A DNA stretch of 64,000 nt from Vitrella brassicaformis CCMP3155 (lineage: Eukaryota > Protista > Chromerida): positions 40,155-104,154 of the forward strand of contig CDMY01000355.1 of NCBI GenBank assembly GCA_001179505.1, given 5' to 3'. Of this stretch, positions 62,001 to 64,000 are shown one piece after another. Made by a program: the position numbers and the translations under genes. Below the pieces are notes generated by a model that saw nothing but the letters and a program-made list of their open reading frames with translations, ran no database searches and was not told the origin of the DNA. Every line of letters begins with the position of its first letter. The stretch's first letter is position 1.

Positions 62001-63568
62001 TGATGGGGATGTGGCGAGGGATGGTGGGGACACCCATATGGTCAAGGCGAGAGATGCGTCGTTGGTGAGATCGCTGCTGCTAAAGCATGAGGTCTCCACG
62101 TCGGATATTGCCAGCTCCGGGGGACCTGTGTGGTGGAAAGGTCTAGAAGTGACTTGCGCCTGTGCGGTTTTGTTGCTTACCAATGCTGACAGCCCTCGAC
62201 ACGACGACCGGCTCTGCTCCAGAGTAGGTGACTTGGGGCGGATCCACAACGTTTCGGACATACACCTGAATCAACAAGCAACAGCATCGTCATTTACTCG
62301 CCTTTCTCTGTGAGATCTTCCCTTCGCTTGTCTGGCCCCTCACCTACCGGCATCTCGATGGTGTCGCGCCAGAAGAACTCAACCGGTGTGCCGCCGATCT
62401 CGTGCACTGCAGTGTTGGAGTCACAACAGGAAGGACAGCGCATGTGGTTGAGCCAGTGCATGTGTGGCTTTCTGGTCTCCATGCTCACGGCTGACTAGCA
62501 ATGCCACTTTGTCGCCAAACACATCCGAGTTGTAGTCTGGTGGTGGCCGGAAAGACAGCTGACCCAGCTTGCCGTTCACAGACAACACATCACCTTCACG
62601 CAGGCAAAAAAAGAAAGAGACCAAAGATTGCATGCTCCCTCCGTCTTCTCCCTGGTGGTGCCTCCCTACCTGTGACGTTCACCTGGTGGGCGAATGTGCT
62701 GCCATCGACGGCCAGGGTTCCCGCAGACACCGCCAGCCCCACCAACACCTGCTGCGACGCCACGGCTGTGGCTGAGGCAGTCGAGTGGACGTATAGCAAC
62801 AGGATGGGCGAGGTGGTGTCCTCCGGCACCTCCCACCAGTCGTGTGTGGCCCGCAGCAGCAGGGTGGACGAGGTGGCCACGGGCGTGACGGTCATGCCGA
62901 TGGTGGCAGCGTAGTGGCCCTCGGTCGATGCACCGCTCTGATCGACCAGACAGGCAGATTGTGAACAGACAGGGAGGGCAGATGGACATATGGATCCACG
63001 GCGGCTCCCTGACCCGTTTGCTGCATGATACAGAGAGTGTGTCGTTGGAGCAGTGTTGGCACGGCAGATACTCCAGCTGACTCAACACGACCGGGGCAGC
63101 ATCCAACGGCGCCTGAAACCTGACATAAACCAACCAAGCAGCCACCATCCACGGCCATTCAGACACACATGGCATCCACCGACCTGATGGCGTGTCCCGT
63201 CCACTCCATTATGTTGACCCCCGCGATGGACTGGGTGTGCACCTCGCCATAGGCCGCAGACACACGCACGTCCATCATGGCGTCATCGTCAACTGACGTG
63301 CCACTGGCGGCGGCCAAGACGTCGATGCCGTGGATGGGCGACGCGGCGCCTCCATGCACCTCTTGATGAGGCCGAGATATGACACATGCCTTATCAGATA
63401 CACACGCGAAGAGCACAGACAGACAGGCAGCCAACACACCCGTCCGCACACAGACGAATGGGTGACGTGTTTGGCTGTCTTTTCTCTCACCGATTGGGCG
63501 AGGGCTCCATGAGTCGACAGTATCCACACACACACGAGCACCGTCACAATTGTCGCTCGAAGATTCAT
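44075..63568 (-). CDS. Giant secreted protein (roughly 5,500-6,000 aa, about 25 exons) with discoidin/F5-8C-like domains and tens of cadherin-like/Ig-like repeats resembling bacterial adhesins
   Basis: ATG 63568 with signal peptide MNLRATIVTVLVCVWILSTHGALA. Long exon ORFs (1458, 776, 585, 488, 418 aa) are separated by 50-100 nt GT-AG introns. Recurrent motifs G...LN..L..L.Y.P..(N/D)F.G.D.L...V.D.G and V.AVNDPP/NDAP. Length is a rough sum of exons. Confidence 0.8.
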
Positions 63569-64000
63569 CGTCCCTCTAAATCGACACTCGCCCGCTGCAT
63601 CAGTGGCTCACGCAGATCCATCCATGTCCTCGCCGCCTCTACCACATGCCTCCCTGGTGTTGGGCGCCGCTGATCAGATCTATCATCGTAGCTCTCGCGC
63701 GCGAGATCCGCTCTCGAACCAGCACCACCTGGCCAGCAAAGGCACAGATCTCGCTAGCATTCAGCCCATCGCATTGGTTGGTTGGTAGTGTGCTGCCCCC
63801 GATCTTCGCGAAGCTCGCACTGGGGGAAGTGGCTGTCAGAAGTGCAAGTCGGTCCAGGGTTTAGGGTCTAGGGTTCATAGACCGACGATCCACTGATCTG
63901 TGAGACAGGACGGCTGTTGAGTCTTTGTCCGTTCCATGAGACAGGCCATGGCGGACAGGACGTCAGACAGGATGGACTGACGCATACTACATGTCCTACG

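Noticed and set aside
44075-63568. Many 60-220 aa plus-strand ORFs opposite the giant gene, and similar shadow ORFs across the window
   Set aside because: These are antisense or alternative-frame artefacts of GC-rich coding DNA with no motifs.
1-64000. Strand bias of intronic (GACA)n/(TCTG)n microsatellites
   Set aside because: Both orientations occur in introns of plus-strand genes (for example 11805 versus 17030), so no consistent bias can be claimed by eye.
1-64000. tRNA, rRNA, CRISPR, transposon or spliced-leader RNA genes
   Set aside because: None recognised by eye; tRNAscan-SE, Infernal and RepeatModeler would be needed to exclude them.

Overview
Gene-dense, GC-rich eukaryotic nuclear DNA with many short GT-AG introns that are full of (GACA)n, (GATG)n and (CA)n microsatellites. 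This intron style, together with a bipartite plastid leader, suggests an alga with a secondary plastid, probably a chromerid such as Vitrella (inference). I read about 18 spliced genes by hand, so exon boundaries are approximate. In order they encode a BTB protein (truncated by the window edge), a tandem-ACT protein, a large C2/polyproline/LRR protein, an ankyrin-RING E3 with an internal duplication, an orphan, a plastid-type adenylate kinase, an AN1 zinc-finger protein, a Nudix hydrolase, a LisH-WD40 protein, PET191/COA5, a spinster-like MFS transporter, a YHM2-like mitochondrial carrier, a small secreted protein, a Vsb1-like SulP-STAS-cNMP transporter, a TsaE-TsaD fusion, a HAD-like protein, and a giant (roughly 5,500-6,000 aa) secreted protein of bacterial-adhesin-like repeats. 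Three things stand out. (1) A single polypeptide fuses the bacterial t6A ATPase TsaE to TsaD/Qri7 and has no visible organellar leader. (2) A 19.5 kb gene encodes a discoidin plus cadherin-like-repeat protein. (3) The motif AGCTCGCAG recurs in sense orientation just upstream of start codons, inside very short head-to-head spacers. No rRNA, tRNA, CRISPR array or transposon was recognised.
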